IMG/VR virus record: IMGVR_UViG_3300037851_000404
Span: 1-46,626 of that record
From: a virus
Length of the DNA: 46,626 bases
Strand: one strand, 5' to 3'
Positions within the stretch are counted from its first letter, which is position 1. Each line of letters opens with the position of its first letter. A program made the translations under genes and the position numbers. Below the pieces are notes generated by a model that did not search any database, was not told the origin of the DNA, and was given only the letters and a program-made list of their open reading frames with translations. Shown piece after piece: positions 17,795 to 26,492 of the stretch.

Positions 17795-18892
17795 ATGGCT
17801 AGTCTAATGGATAATAACTTGCTCTGGCAATATCTGAGCGCTGCAGGTATGGACATTGGGGCTGGGAAGCCCATAGGTGCCAATGTCAACGCTGTGACTC
17901 AGCAGCAGATTTCATCCAGAAACTATGTCAAGCTGCTGCAGAAGCTCCTTGAAAATGGCGGAAAGATGAACATCGACAAGGACAACTTCAGCATCAAAGC
18001 TCCGACCAATGCTCTTGGCGGTAGCGGAGGGAGTCCAGCTTCACAGGAAATGCAAGATATGGCTGATGCACTTTCTGGCGGCCCTATGGAAGGTGGCAGT
18101 GGGCCGATTCCCAAAGTGCAGGCTCCAAGCACTACCAACAACAACAGCATGAACACTGACCTTGTGAAACTTCTCATGGGTGGGAGCCTTGGTTCCATAA
18201 ACCCTTCCGCTAGTCCTCTAGGTGACCTTTCTGGTGCCGACCTAGCTGGGCTGACTCCTAACGACATTTCGCAGGCACTGCAATTTAAGTTCACCAAGGA
18301 CGAGCTGGAGCGTAGGTCTATTGGTGAGGTCCTTGATTACGATGCTAAGATGGCTAAGCTATCTAAGGAGAAAGAAACTAACGACATCACCAACTACGAA
18401 TACGCAGTGGCTCGTGGATACACAGGTAGTTTCGAGGAATTTAGGAGATCCACTGACACATCTAAGTACAATGATTATCTGAAGGTCAAGAGCGAGGGAT
18501 ACAAAGGTAGCTATCAAGATTGGCTCGTTGAGATGGCTACACTTGCTAGACCTCATACTGAAATTAACATTGGTGATAAGGTTGAGACCAAGAAGGCTCT
18601 TGCAAAGGTTGAGGGTCAGACTCATTTCACCAGTGGTGAGTTCACTAAGGATGTGGAGAAGTTCAAGAGCAGTGATGAATATCAGAACATGCTGTTTAAG
18701 GCTTCTATAGGTGGAGGCGACAAGGGTCAAGCTGCAACTACTGCTCTTGGAAACTACGTCCAGAATCTCATAGAATCCAAAGGTGGTAATGTCCAAAGGG
18801 TTGAATGGGATCAGGATGGCAAGACTGCTGTTTGGACTGTTAAATGGGAAAGTGGTGACACTACCAAAGTCAGATATCGAGTGAGGGACTAA
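17795..18892 (+). CDS. Putative internal virion protein
   Basis: 365 aa, GGAGG RBS, Gly/Ser/Pro-rich N-terminal half, ATGA-type junction with the next gene. Confidence 0.5.
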   Translation: MASLMDNNLLWQYLSAAGMDIGAGKPIGANVNAVTQQQISSRNYVKLLQKLLENGGKMNIDKDNFSIKAPTNALGGSGGSPASQEMQDMADALSGGPMEGGSGPIPKVQAPSTTNNNSMNTDLVKLLMGGSLGSINPSASPLGDLSGADLAGLTPNDISQALQFKFTKDELERRSIGEVLDYDAKMAKLSKEKETNDITNYEYAVARGYTGSFEEFRRSTDTSKYNDYLKVKSEGYKGSYQDWLVEMATLARPHTEINIGDKVETKKALAKVEGQTHFTSGEFTKDVEKFKSSDEYQNMLFKASIGGGDKGQAATTALGNYVQNLIESKGGNVQRVEWDQDGKTAVWTVKWESGDTTKVRYRVRD

Positions 18893-21800
18893 TGGCTTCT
18901 TTTGAAGATCTTGTCAAAAATCCTGGTGTTAAGAGCACTGATGAGATTAGTCGGAAGGCTGCTCCTTCAACTGCGAGCAATTTCAAGTCTATGGTTGGCC
19001 CAGGTGGATTTCCATCTACTCCATTCGATGACTTGATGAAGGGCGCCTCTGACCAACATCAGGTTCCTTACGATATCTTGTATAATACGCTTAAGGCCGA
19101 ATCTGGATTCAATCCTAAGGCTAGAAACAAAACTTCAACTGCCAAGGGAATAGCTCAGTTTATTGATAGTACTGCAAAGGAAATGGGCATAGATCCACTC
19201 GATCCAAAGCAAGCTATTCCCGCGGCAGCTAAGTATTTGAAAAGTCATTATGATAGATTCGGATCATGGAAGTTGGCAGTCGCTGCTTATAATCAAGGGC
19301 CTGGAGCAGTTGCTAAGAAGAAAGGAATCCCTGATGAGGCAATAGATTATGTGGCTAAGATTGTTCAAGGTAGAGATAATGAGCCTGATACAATAGCTGA
19401 TGATGTTGAGCTTGTTGCTAGCGAGAGTAGGTTTGCAGACTCATTTGAATCCTTGATGAAGATGTCAAATTCAAAACCTCAGCCTCAGCCGGCTGCTGTG
19501 AAGCCATCTATTACAAAGCCTGCTCAGGTCAAGTCTACTGAGATCAGTGAATCTAGGTTCCTCAACAAAACTGAAGATCCAGTTCGTGAGTACTTTACTC
19601 AGAAAGCTTACGGCGTTGGAGCATGGCATCCTGCGTTCTCAGCTGAAATGGCAAAGAAAGGCTTTGGACCTAAGCCTGCTGGTGGATGGGATGAGCTTGG
19701 AAGGCCTATTGATGAGAAAGGTATTCCTTACTTTGAAGAACCAGCAGTTAGCAAGAATGCAGTAGTTGAATCCACAGCTCAGATGCTAAAGGGACTTTCA
19801 GGGCTAGCAACTCGCCCTATGGAAGCGATCAAGGGTGGACTGGACTTTTTCTTCTCCTTACCTGCATTTAAAGTTGGGCTGTTAGGCGCTGCAGGGAGAG
19901 GTACAGGTGAGTTGATTGATCAGCTTGCTTATGGCACCCTTGACCTCGACAAAATCTATAGTGCCATGGTCAAGGGAATGCAGGAGTCTTTTGAATTCTT
20001 CGAGCCTGGCAAGGAAGCTCTGATTGGTAAGCCGACTGAAGAATCTCAACTTGTTGGTCAAATTGCTATGGCTCCGCTGAATGCAATCAGTGCTGCAGGT
20101 CAGCAGATTGCTGCACTTGATACATTCAAAGATTATCCGAATGTAAGGGGTGCAACTAAGATCATTGGTGACTTGACTGGGCTAATAGCTATAGGATTGA
20201 TAGTCAAGGGTCCGTCTGCTAAGGCTGAGTTTTCGAAGGTACTTGAAGACATTACCAATGATGCTTCGAATATAGTCAAGCGTGAAACTCAGATTCTTCA
20301 GAATGTTGATTCGCTGGTTAGAGCAGCTGAGTTGAAAAAACTCGAAATTGATAAGCAGAGACTCGAGAACAAAGCTGCTGAGTTTGCTAGGAAGTTTCAA
20401 GATGATGTTGTGATGACTGAGGAAATGGGCAGGTTGAATGAGCAACTTGCAAAAGAAAAGCTACGTCCAGTAGTTGAGTCTCGACCTGAGATGGCTGAGG
20501 GATATGTAGAGAAGCCTGTGAAGTTGACGAAGAAAGAGGCTGAGAAGGTTGCTAAAAGAGAAGCGAAAGAAGCAGAGCCAACAGTTGAATTCGAGCCTGA
20601 GTTTCAAAAAGTAAAAGAATCAATCGAATCTAATCCTGAACTATCTGGACTTGTTAGGGTAGATGCAATTGGAGCTGAGGGTACTTCACTTAAGCCAGGA
20701 AGTGTTCAAGTCACAGTCATCGGTGAACACCCTGCGAAGGGAGGAAGCTTCACAGTAGATGCTGAGCCTGGGAGTATAGTCAAGAGGCTTGAAGAAGAAG
20801 CTGTTAAGTGGAGTAAGGGGAAGAAAGAACCTGTTGTTGTTAAGAAGAGGAAGAAAGTAGAGGAACCTCCCAAGGTTGAGGAACCTACATCAATCGAAGA
20901 GGAGATGCCTGAATCGCATCTTAGGGCCTTAGATGGATTGATTGAAGATGCTGAAAGGCCTGAGGTTACTAGTCCTAAGAGAGAAGTAGTTACTGAAATA
21001 GATCGCGATGCTGGAGCTGAACTTCCTGGTGTTGATGTAGATAATGGAATGTTCTTTCAAAACGCTAAGAAGGCAAAGAAGCTCGGTGACATATTTGATA
21101 GCAAAAGAGAGAAAGTTCTCGAAGACCCTGAAGTGTTTGTACAGAAACTAATCAATGATACTAATAGATGGTATCATGGAGATAGTTCAGTAGATATTAC
21201 TAAGGTTAGAGATTTGCTTAGCCAAATGGCTTCGAGGGCTAGTGAGCTTAGAGACTTTTTCATAACTGGAGTTGATCATCTTCAGTTTACTGAACTCACT
21301 CATGAAGCTGCTAAGTGGGCAAGAAGTGTTGAGAGACCTAACTTGGGAGGTAAGGGAGTTAGGCTCAACATGATGGTGCCGATAGATCAGATTCCTGAGA
21401 CTGTTAAACAGTTTATTAGGTACACTAGGGGAGCGATTAAAAGTATCAGAGCTAGTGAAGTTGCTAGGGATAAAAATCTTTGGAAGTCCACTGGGTATTG
21501 GCTTGGAAGGGATGGGAAGTGGAGGTATGAATTAGATACTTCTAAGGCTAAGTATAGTCCCAGTTTGTATCATACTGATAAAGTCATGAAGGATGGAGTC
21601 ACTGAAGGGCCTCTTACTGACTTCCTTAATTATCGAGAACTATATGAAGCCGTTCCTCAAACCAAGTCCTTGGTATTGAAGGTAGATAAAAAACTTTCAG
21701 CTGATGCTAGCTACAATCAAGGAATTATAACGCTCAGAGACATGGATGATGTTATAAGTTTATTTCATGAGCTTCAACATGCAGTCAATGAATTCACTGG

Positions 21801-24800
21801 TTCGGTGTTTATAGGGACTAATGAATTCACTGAGCATTCAAAGATAATGGCTGAAAGACTTAGGAAAATATCTGACAGGATGGCTGGTGAGGGAAAGACT
21901 TATGAATCAACTGTGTTGAATAAGTATGTTGATGCTCTTAATGATGGATTTAGGATAAATAATATAGAAGGTCAATTGGCTAAGGCCAATGTTAGACTTG
22001 AGCCTAGAGACATTCAAGATATTAATTTCCCTACTGGAGCATTTGAAAAGTATGTGAGAAATCCAGGAGAAATGGAAGCTAGGCTGGCTGAGAAAAGACT
22101 TAGAATGTCTAAGGATCAGAAAGCCAGTGAAGCTCCCTGGGAGACACTTGATAAGATGTTGGTGGAGGAGCTTAGGCCAACTGGGGTTGGGAGGACTCTC
22201 TACACTGGAACTGAATTTGAAGCTGGAATGAGGGCAGCTATTGCAGGTGCTCGTAAGGTTGCTGAATATACTTCAAAGGCCAGAGGACTTAAGAAGGTTA
22301 ATCTAAAGGAAGCTGCTAAGGTTATTAGAGAGGAGTTCAACAGGGCGTTTGTTGATAAGTCTGGGAACATTAGGAAGGAAATGCTTGACAAACTCAAAGA
22401 TGAAGGATTTGAGGTTGTTAAGAAGATGTACTTGGCAAAGGGAGCTTCTTCGCTTGCTGCCGCTAAGCTGAGGCAAATGAGGAAGGAAGTCTATCATGGG
22501 CTTACCAAGAGCGAGAAGAAAATTCTCGATGATGTTATTCTTGATGATAGAATGATTGATATTGCTAAGTACAAAAGTCCTAGTGAATTTAAGTTTCCTA
22601 AGGGAGTTAGTATAGAAAACTTTATTCAACATAGGATTGGGTTTCATATAATTGAGAAACTCAGCCCATCTCGAGCTGCGCTGATTGAAGCCAGAGCAGC
22701 TGCATATTATGAGTGGATGAAGAGACCACTTATGGATATGCTTGAGTCTGGGCTGATTAGTAAGAAGGAATTTGATGATCTTTCTTCTCACAACTATCGG
22801 CGCCTTGAGCAGGTTGAGAAGATTTTTGATTCCAAGTATAGGGCCAAAGTAGGTGGAAAGAAGATCACTGTCTATGACTCAGGTGTTGAGGCTTTGAGGC
22901 GTGGTAAGGAGACTGACATCTATGAGCCATCGTCAGAGATTATGGCCCTTGAGGTTTTCAATAGGGCATATGGCAGGATTTTGAAGAATGAGGCTAATAA
23001 GTCTCTGGTTGAACTTGCAAGGAGGGATCCAACTAATCCATTTGTTAGAATTCGAGACAAGTCAAAGGGAGACGCTGGGAAGATTCCTGAAGGATGGACT
23101 AGGATATTTGCATTCGAAGATGGAACCAGAAAATCTATCCACATCTCACCTGAGGTGGCTAAGGAATGGGTTAGTAGTGGGCCTGAGGTTTCTTACAGAT
23201 TGGGACAGTTCCTTCGCTATGCAAGTGGGTCTCCAGTGTTGAGGACATTTGCTACTGGGATCAACTGGGGATTTGCTCTTGCTAATATTCCCAGGGACGT
23301 GATGCATTCTTGGTTCACATCTAGATCATATGAGAATGGGAAGTGGAAGCCTGTTTATAATCCTAATCTTCCAGTCTTCATGGCTCAGATGGGGAGAGAC
23401 ATAGCTACTGTCCTTCCTGATGCGCTGACCAGAGGAAAGAGATACCAAGACTATCTCAACGAAGGTGGAGGGATGGAGTTCTTGGTTCATCAAGGTAGAC
23501 TGTTCCAGAGAGGTAGGCACCTTGAGAGTTGGTATGATAGGGTGATGGACTTCATGGGGTATCTTGGTGAAACAAGTGAGATAATGACTCGGCTGGCTAT
23601 CAGAGAAAGAATGCTTAGGAAAGGTAAGAGTGGCAGTGACGCTACATTTGCTGCTAGGGACTACATGGACTTTGGACAGGGAGGTGGAATCTCTAAGGCC
23701 CTTGATAATGCGCTTCCTTATCTGAATGCAAGTATTCAAGGCACAAGGGGAATGTTCAGAGCATTTAAACCTGGAAGTGGAAGTGCCTTGAGTTCGACTT
23801 ATAAACTGACTCAGTTTGCAGCGCTGATTACTGGTCTAACTATTGCAATGCAGAAGATGCATCCTGAGACGGCTAAGAACCTGGTTGGGAATATAGATGC
23901 ACAGAACAACTTGATCATTCCACTTGGAGATCAGTTTGGTTTTGAGGATGCTGAAGGGCAGATGCATTATCCTTATCTGAAGATTCCTCTTGACCCTGCT
24001 CAAAAGTTCTTCAAAACATTCTTTGAGGCAGCCACTAATAAATGGTTAGGGAAGGATGTAGATGTTGATGCAGTTACTGGTACCTTGACTGCTCAATCTC
24101 CAGTTGGGATATCCCAGCTTCCACCTACCATTAGTGGAGCACTTGGATATCTCACCAACAAAGACTTCTGGCTGAATGAAGATATCTGGAAGGAAACTGA
24201 TAGGCCATTTAGTTATCCAAAAAGTGCTGAGGAATTTACTAGGACAACTCCAGAGTTTTACAAAGATCTTGGGGCTAAGACTGGACTAAGTCCTGAAAGA
24301 ACAAGATATGCAGTAGAGGAATTAGTTACTGGTGGAACAGTTTGGTCTTACTTGCTGGGCCAAGGCTATGATGCAATGTTTAGGGATGTTCCGAAAAGTG
24401 CAAAGCAACAGCATTTAGCTGAGACAATTAGTAAAGTGCCTATGATTAAAAGGTTTATTGGAATCACTAATCCATACTCCAAGCATGCAACTAAGATCAA
24501 CACTGCTCAGGAAAACGCTGTGATTGATCAGTTTGTGCAAGACAGAGGAATGGATACTTTGGTCTATAGATTCTTGTATGATAAGAATGTAGATTCAAAG
24601 GAACTGTTTGATTACGCAAGTTCGTTTGGCGACAAGCCTACGTATGATAGATTGATTGATAGGTTTAAGTGGGAAGTAGCAATTAAGGACTTGCCTGAGA
24701 AATCTTTCTGGCGAAGGATGAAGGGGCTTAGGCTTGAAGCTAAAGCTAATGTGTTTGTAGATAGGCTTAGTGCTGCTAGTGAAGATGAGAAGGTAAAGTT

Positions 24801-24894
24801 AATGAATGAACTTGAAATAGTTGGAAGCGCCAAAGGCATTGTGTCTAAGGAGTTCAAGAATGAAGTTATGAAGGTGTTGGAATCGAAAAGATAA
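18892..24894 (+). CDS. Giant polyvalent ejection protein: N-terminal lytic transglycosylase (SLT) domain plus HExxH zincin-like motif
   Basis: 2000 aa. SLT-like LKAESGFNPKARNKTSTAKGIAQF...AAYNQGPGAV at about 19060-19330. HELQH encoded at 21766-21780. Long charged linkers. Confidence 0.75.
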   Translation: MASFEDLVKNPGVKSTDEISRKAAPSTASNFKSMVGPGGFPSTPFDDLMKGASDQHQVPYDILYNTLKAESGFNPKARNKTSTAKGIAQFIDSTAKEMGIDPLDPKQAIPAAAKYLKSHYDRFGSWKLAVAAYNQGPGAVAKKKGIPDEAIDYVAKIVQGRDNEPDTIADDVELVASESRFADSFESLMKMSNSKPQPQPAAVKPSITKPAQVKSTEISESRFLNKTEDPVREYFTQKAYGVGAWHPAFSAEMAKKGFGPKPAGGWDELGRPIDEKGIPYFEEPAVSKNAVVESTAQMLKGLSGLATRPMEAIKGGLDFFFSLPAFKVGLLGAAGRGTGELIDQLAYGTLDLDKIYSAMVKGMQESFEFFEPGKEALIGKPTEESQLVGQIAMAPLNAISAAGQQIAALDTFKDYPNVRGATKIIGDLTGLIAIGLIVKGPSAKAEFSKVLEDITNDASNIVKRETQILQNVDSLVRAAELKKLEIDKQRLENKAAEFARKFQDDVVMTEEMGRLNEQLAKEKLRPVVESRPEMAEGYVEKPVKLTKKEAEKVAKREAKEAEPTVEFEPEFQKVKESIESNPELSGLVRVDAIGAEGTSLKPGSVQVTVIGEHPAKGGSFTVDAEPGSIVKRLEEEAVKWSKGKKEPVVVKKRKKVEEPPKVEEPTSIEEEMPESHLRALDGLIEDAERPEVTSPKREVVTEIDRDAGAELPGVDVDNGMFFQNAKKAKKLGDIFDSKREKVLEDPEVFVQKLINDTNRWYHGDSSVDITKVRDLLSQMASRASELRDFFITGVDHLQFTELTHEAAKWARSVERPNLGGKGVRLNMMVPIDQIPETVKQFIRYTRGAIKSIRASEVARDKNLWKSTGYWLGRDGKWRYELDTSKAKYSPSLYHTDKVMKDGVTEGPLTDFLNYRELYEAVPQTKSLVLKVDKKLSADASYNQGIITLRDMDDVISLFHELQHAVNEFTGSVFIGTNEFTEHSKIMAERLRKISDRMAGEGKTYESTVLNKYVDALNDGFRINNIEGQLAKANVRLEPRDIQDINFPTGAFEKYVRNPGEMEARLAEKRLRMSKDQKASEAPWETLDKMLVEELRPTGVGRTLYTGTEFEAGMRAAIAGARKVAEYTSKARGLKKVNLKEAAKVIREEFNRAFVDKSGNIRKEMLDKLKDEGFEVVKKMYLAKGASSLAAAKLRQMRKEVYHGLTKSEKKILDDVILDDRMIDIAKYKSPSEFKFPKGVSIENFIQHRIGFHIIEKLSPSRAALIEARAAAYYEWMKRPLMDMLESGLISKKEFDDLSSHNYRRLEQVEKIFDSKYRAKVGGKKITVYDSGVEALRRGKETDIYEPSSEIMALEVFNRAYGRILKNEANKSLVELARRDPTNPFVRIRDKSKGDAGKIPEGWTRIFAFEDGTRKSIHISPEVAKEWVSSGPEVSYRLGQFLRYASGSPVLRTFATGINWGFALANIPRDVMHSWFTSRSYENGKWKPVYNPNLPVFMAQMGRDIATVLPDALTRGKRYQDYLNEGGGMEFLVHQGRLFQRGRHLESWYDRVMDFMGYLGETSEIMTRLAIRERMLRKGKSGSDATFAARDYMDFGQGGGISKALDNALPYLNASIQGTRGMFRAFKPGSGSALSSTYKLTQFAALITGLTIAMQKMHPETAKNLVGNIDAQNNLIIPLGDQFGFEDAEGQMHYPYLKIPLDPAQKFFKTFFEAATNKWLGKDVDVDAVTGTLTAQSPVGISQLPPTISGALGYLTNKDFWLNEDIWKETDRPFSYPKSAEEFTRTTPEFYKDLGAKTGLSPERTRYAVEELVTGGTVWSYLLGQGYDAMFRDVPKSAKQQHLAETISKVPMIKRFIGITNPYSKHATKINTAQENAVIDQFVQDRGMDTLVYRFLYDKNVDSKELFDYASSFGDKPTYDRLIDRFKWEVAIKDLPEKSFWRRMKGLRLEAKANVFVDRLSAASEDEKVKLMNELEIVGSAKGIVSKEFKNEVMKVLESKR

Positions 24895-24912
24895 TTAAAT
24901 GGTTTAATCATC
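24890..24912. repeat. 23-bp AT-rich palindromic boundary motif, copy 8 (at the convergence point)
   Basis: GATAATTAAATGGTTTAATCATC. Contains the stop of the + gene (24892-24894) and of the - gene (24904-24906). Confidence 0.9.
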
Positions 24913-26109
24913 TGATCCAATAAACTTTATATACATTCCATCTCCAGGTCTGGATATAGATTGAACTATCTTCGCAGCTTCAAGAGTTGCAATGACTCGA
25001 TCTATTGTAGCCTTATCCATATCATTCTCGAATCGTCTAGCGAACTTCCACAAAGGCATTTCGTTAACTTTGGACATCTTAAGAAATGTAGTAGCTTGAT
25101 GAACCAACTCAGCAATATCACTCTTCCCAACTCCTTTAAAGACCATTCCCATCTTGTTTTCAACTTCGGTCAGTGTATCTATTGCCTCGTTCAGATTGTC
25201 CTCAGTCAAAATTAGTAATCCATCTTTTGATCTAGAAACAGAATGAACCATTGCTAACTTCATCAAGTGTCCACGTCTACGTCCATTATAGCCGTCGAAT
25301 CTTCTATCACGAAACGGAGGGTTGTTGAACTGATCTCTGCACCAAGTATCCCATCTCTCCATGAATTTAGAAGTCCATCTAAATCCGCCTGACAGTAAGC
25401 TTATCTGCTCAAGGTCATGAACTAGGTCAATGAATAGTTCTCGCTCAGCTGCAGTTTCAGTTGGAAGGGTTACAAGTTTTTCTGGCTTTTCTTCAAATAC
25501 GAAGATGATTCGACTGGTTAAACCACCTCCGATTGACTCTATCGGCAGCGATGAGCGGATTAAATCTGGAGTTGTTCCTGCAATCAAGTTGACCCAAACA
25601 CCTATGATTTCTTCCTTTGATCTTGAAATAGTTTCATAAACCCACCTTGGATCACAGTCATACCAGTCACAGAGGGCTGACATTAGTTCTCTATTCTGAT
25701 ATCCCAAGAATACGGTGAACTCTTTAGAGAAGATTGTCATAGATGCATGGAATGACTGCTGGCCAGTCACTAAGTCAATGTCATTTAAGTTGGTTTCTTT
25801 CAACTTTCTAATTAGTGCTTGAAGTGATGTGGCTTGAGCAGCCATGTGGACTGAAGGAATTTCTCGAAGGATGTTTAATCCAGGATTCATGGCAGTGCCT
25901 TTGCCAGTTGCACTTGGGCCAACAAGGACTATGTAGAAGTTAGGGTAGAATGTTAAGTTGCTTCCCCATTCTATCTTCACCTTCCTTTGAAGTGCTGAGG
26001 CTATGCATGAAATAGCTGTCCATTTTCTGAAGAGCCTAGGAGGTTCAGAATTTTCTGTATAGCACATGAAGCCAGAAATCCAGTCGTTGAGATTCCTTTC
26101 GTAGGACAT
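24904..26109 (-). CDS. DUF3987-like P-loop ATPase (candidate replicative helicase or helicase-like)
   Basis: 401 aa. Walker A LVGPSATGKGTA. GGGLTSRIIFVFEE is Walker B-like. The architecture is reminiscent of DUF3987/primase-associated helicase C-terminal domains. Confidence 0.5.
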   Translation of the reverse strand: MSYERNLNDWISGFMCYTENSEPPRLFRKWTAISCIASALQRKVKIEWGSNLTFYPNFYIVLVGPSATGKGTAMNPGLNILREIPSVHMAAQATSLQALIRKLKETNLNDIDLVTGQQSFHASMTIFSKEFTVFLGYQNRELMSALCDWYDCDPRWVYETISRSKEEIIGVWVNLIAGTTPDLIRSSLPIESIGGGLTSRIIFVFEEKPEKLVTLPTETAAERELFIDLVHDLEQISLLSGGFRWTSKFMERWDTWCRDQFNNPPFRDRRFDGYNGRRRGHLMKLAMVHSVSRSKDGLLILTEDNLNEAIDTLTEVENKMGMVFKGVGKSDIAELVHQATTFLKMSKVNEMPLWKFARRFENDMDKATIDRVIATLEAAKIVQSISRPGDGMYIKFIGSDD

Positions 26110-26111
26110 AG

Positions 26112-26492
26112 CTATTCACCAGTCAACTGCTTGAGCAGGATAGGTTTGAGATCAGCTGGGGAGTATGATGAGGGTTTGATCCACTTTCCAAATTCATTCT
26201 TGTAGCCACCTACTTTGGACATATTAGATCGGTGGACTTCATTGAAGATCGGTTCGATGTCTATGCCGCATTCAACTGCGGTACCAAGGACTACGTAAAG
26301 CAAGTCAGCGATCCCATCTGCAATTCCAATTAGATCGCCCCTAGTCATTGCCACAATGAGTTCATCAAACTCCTCAAGGATTAGTCTGCTTCGTCTATGA
26401 ATTATTTCGTCAGTTGGTCTAGTTGGTTTGTCCTCGCAGTGGATGTCAAACGCTTTGTGGAATTCCCTTACTTTGTTTTGACTTGAGTTCAT
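26112..26492 (-). CDS. mazG: MazG-like nucleoside triphosphate pyrophosphohydrolase
   Basis: 126 aa. EEFDELIVA ... DGIADLLYVVLG, the all-alpha NTP-PPase pattern. Confidence 0.65.
   Translation of the reverse strand: MNSSQNKVREFHKAFDIHCEDKPTRPTDEIIHRRSRLILEEFDELIVAMTRGDLIGIADGIADLLYVVLGTAVECGIDIEPIFNEVHRSNMSKVGGYKNEFGKWIKPSSYSPADLKPILLKQLTGE

Noticed and set aside
18892-24894. 2000-aa protein as a virion RNA polymerase (N4/crAss-like)
   Set aside because: I found no DxDGD-type or T7-like polymerase motif. The recognisable modules are SLT and HExxH, which fits an ejection or polyvalent protein.
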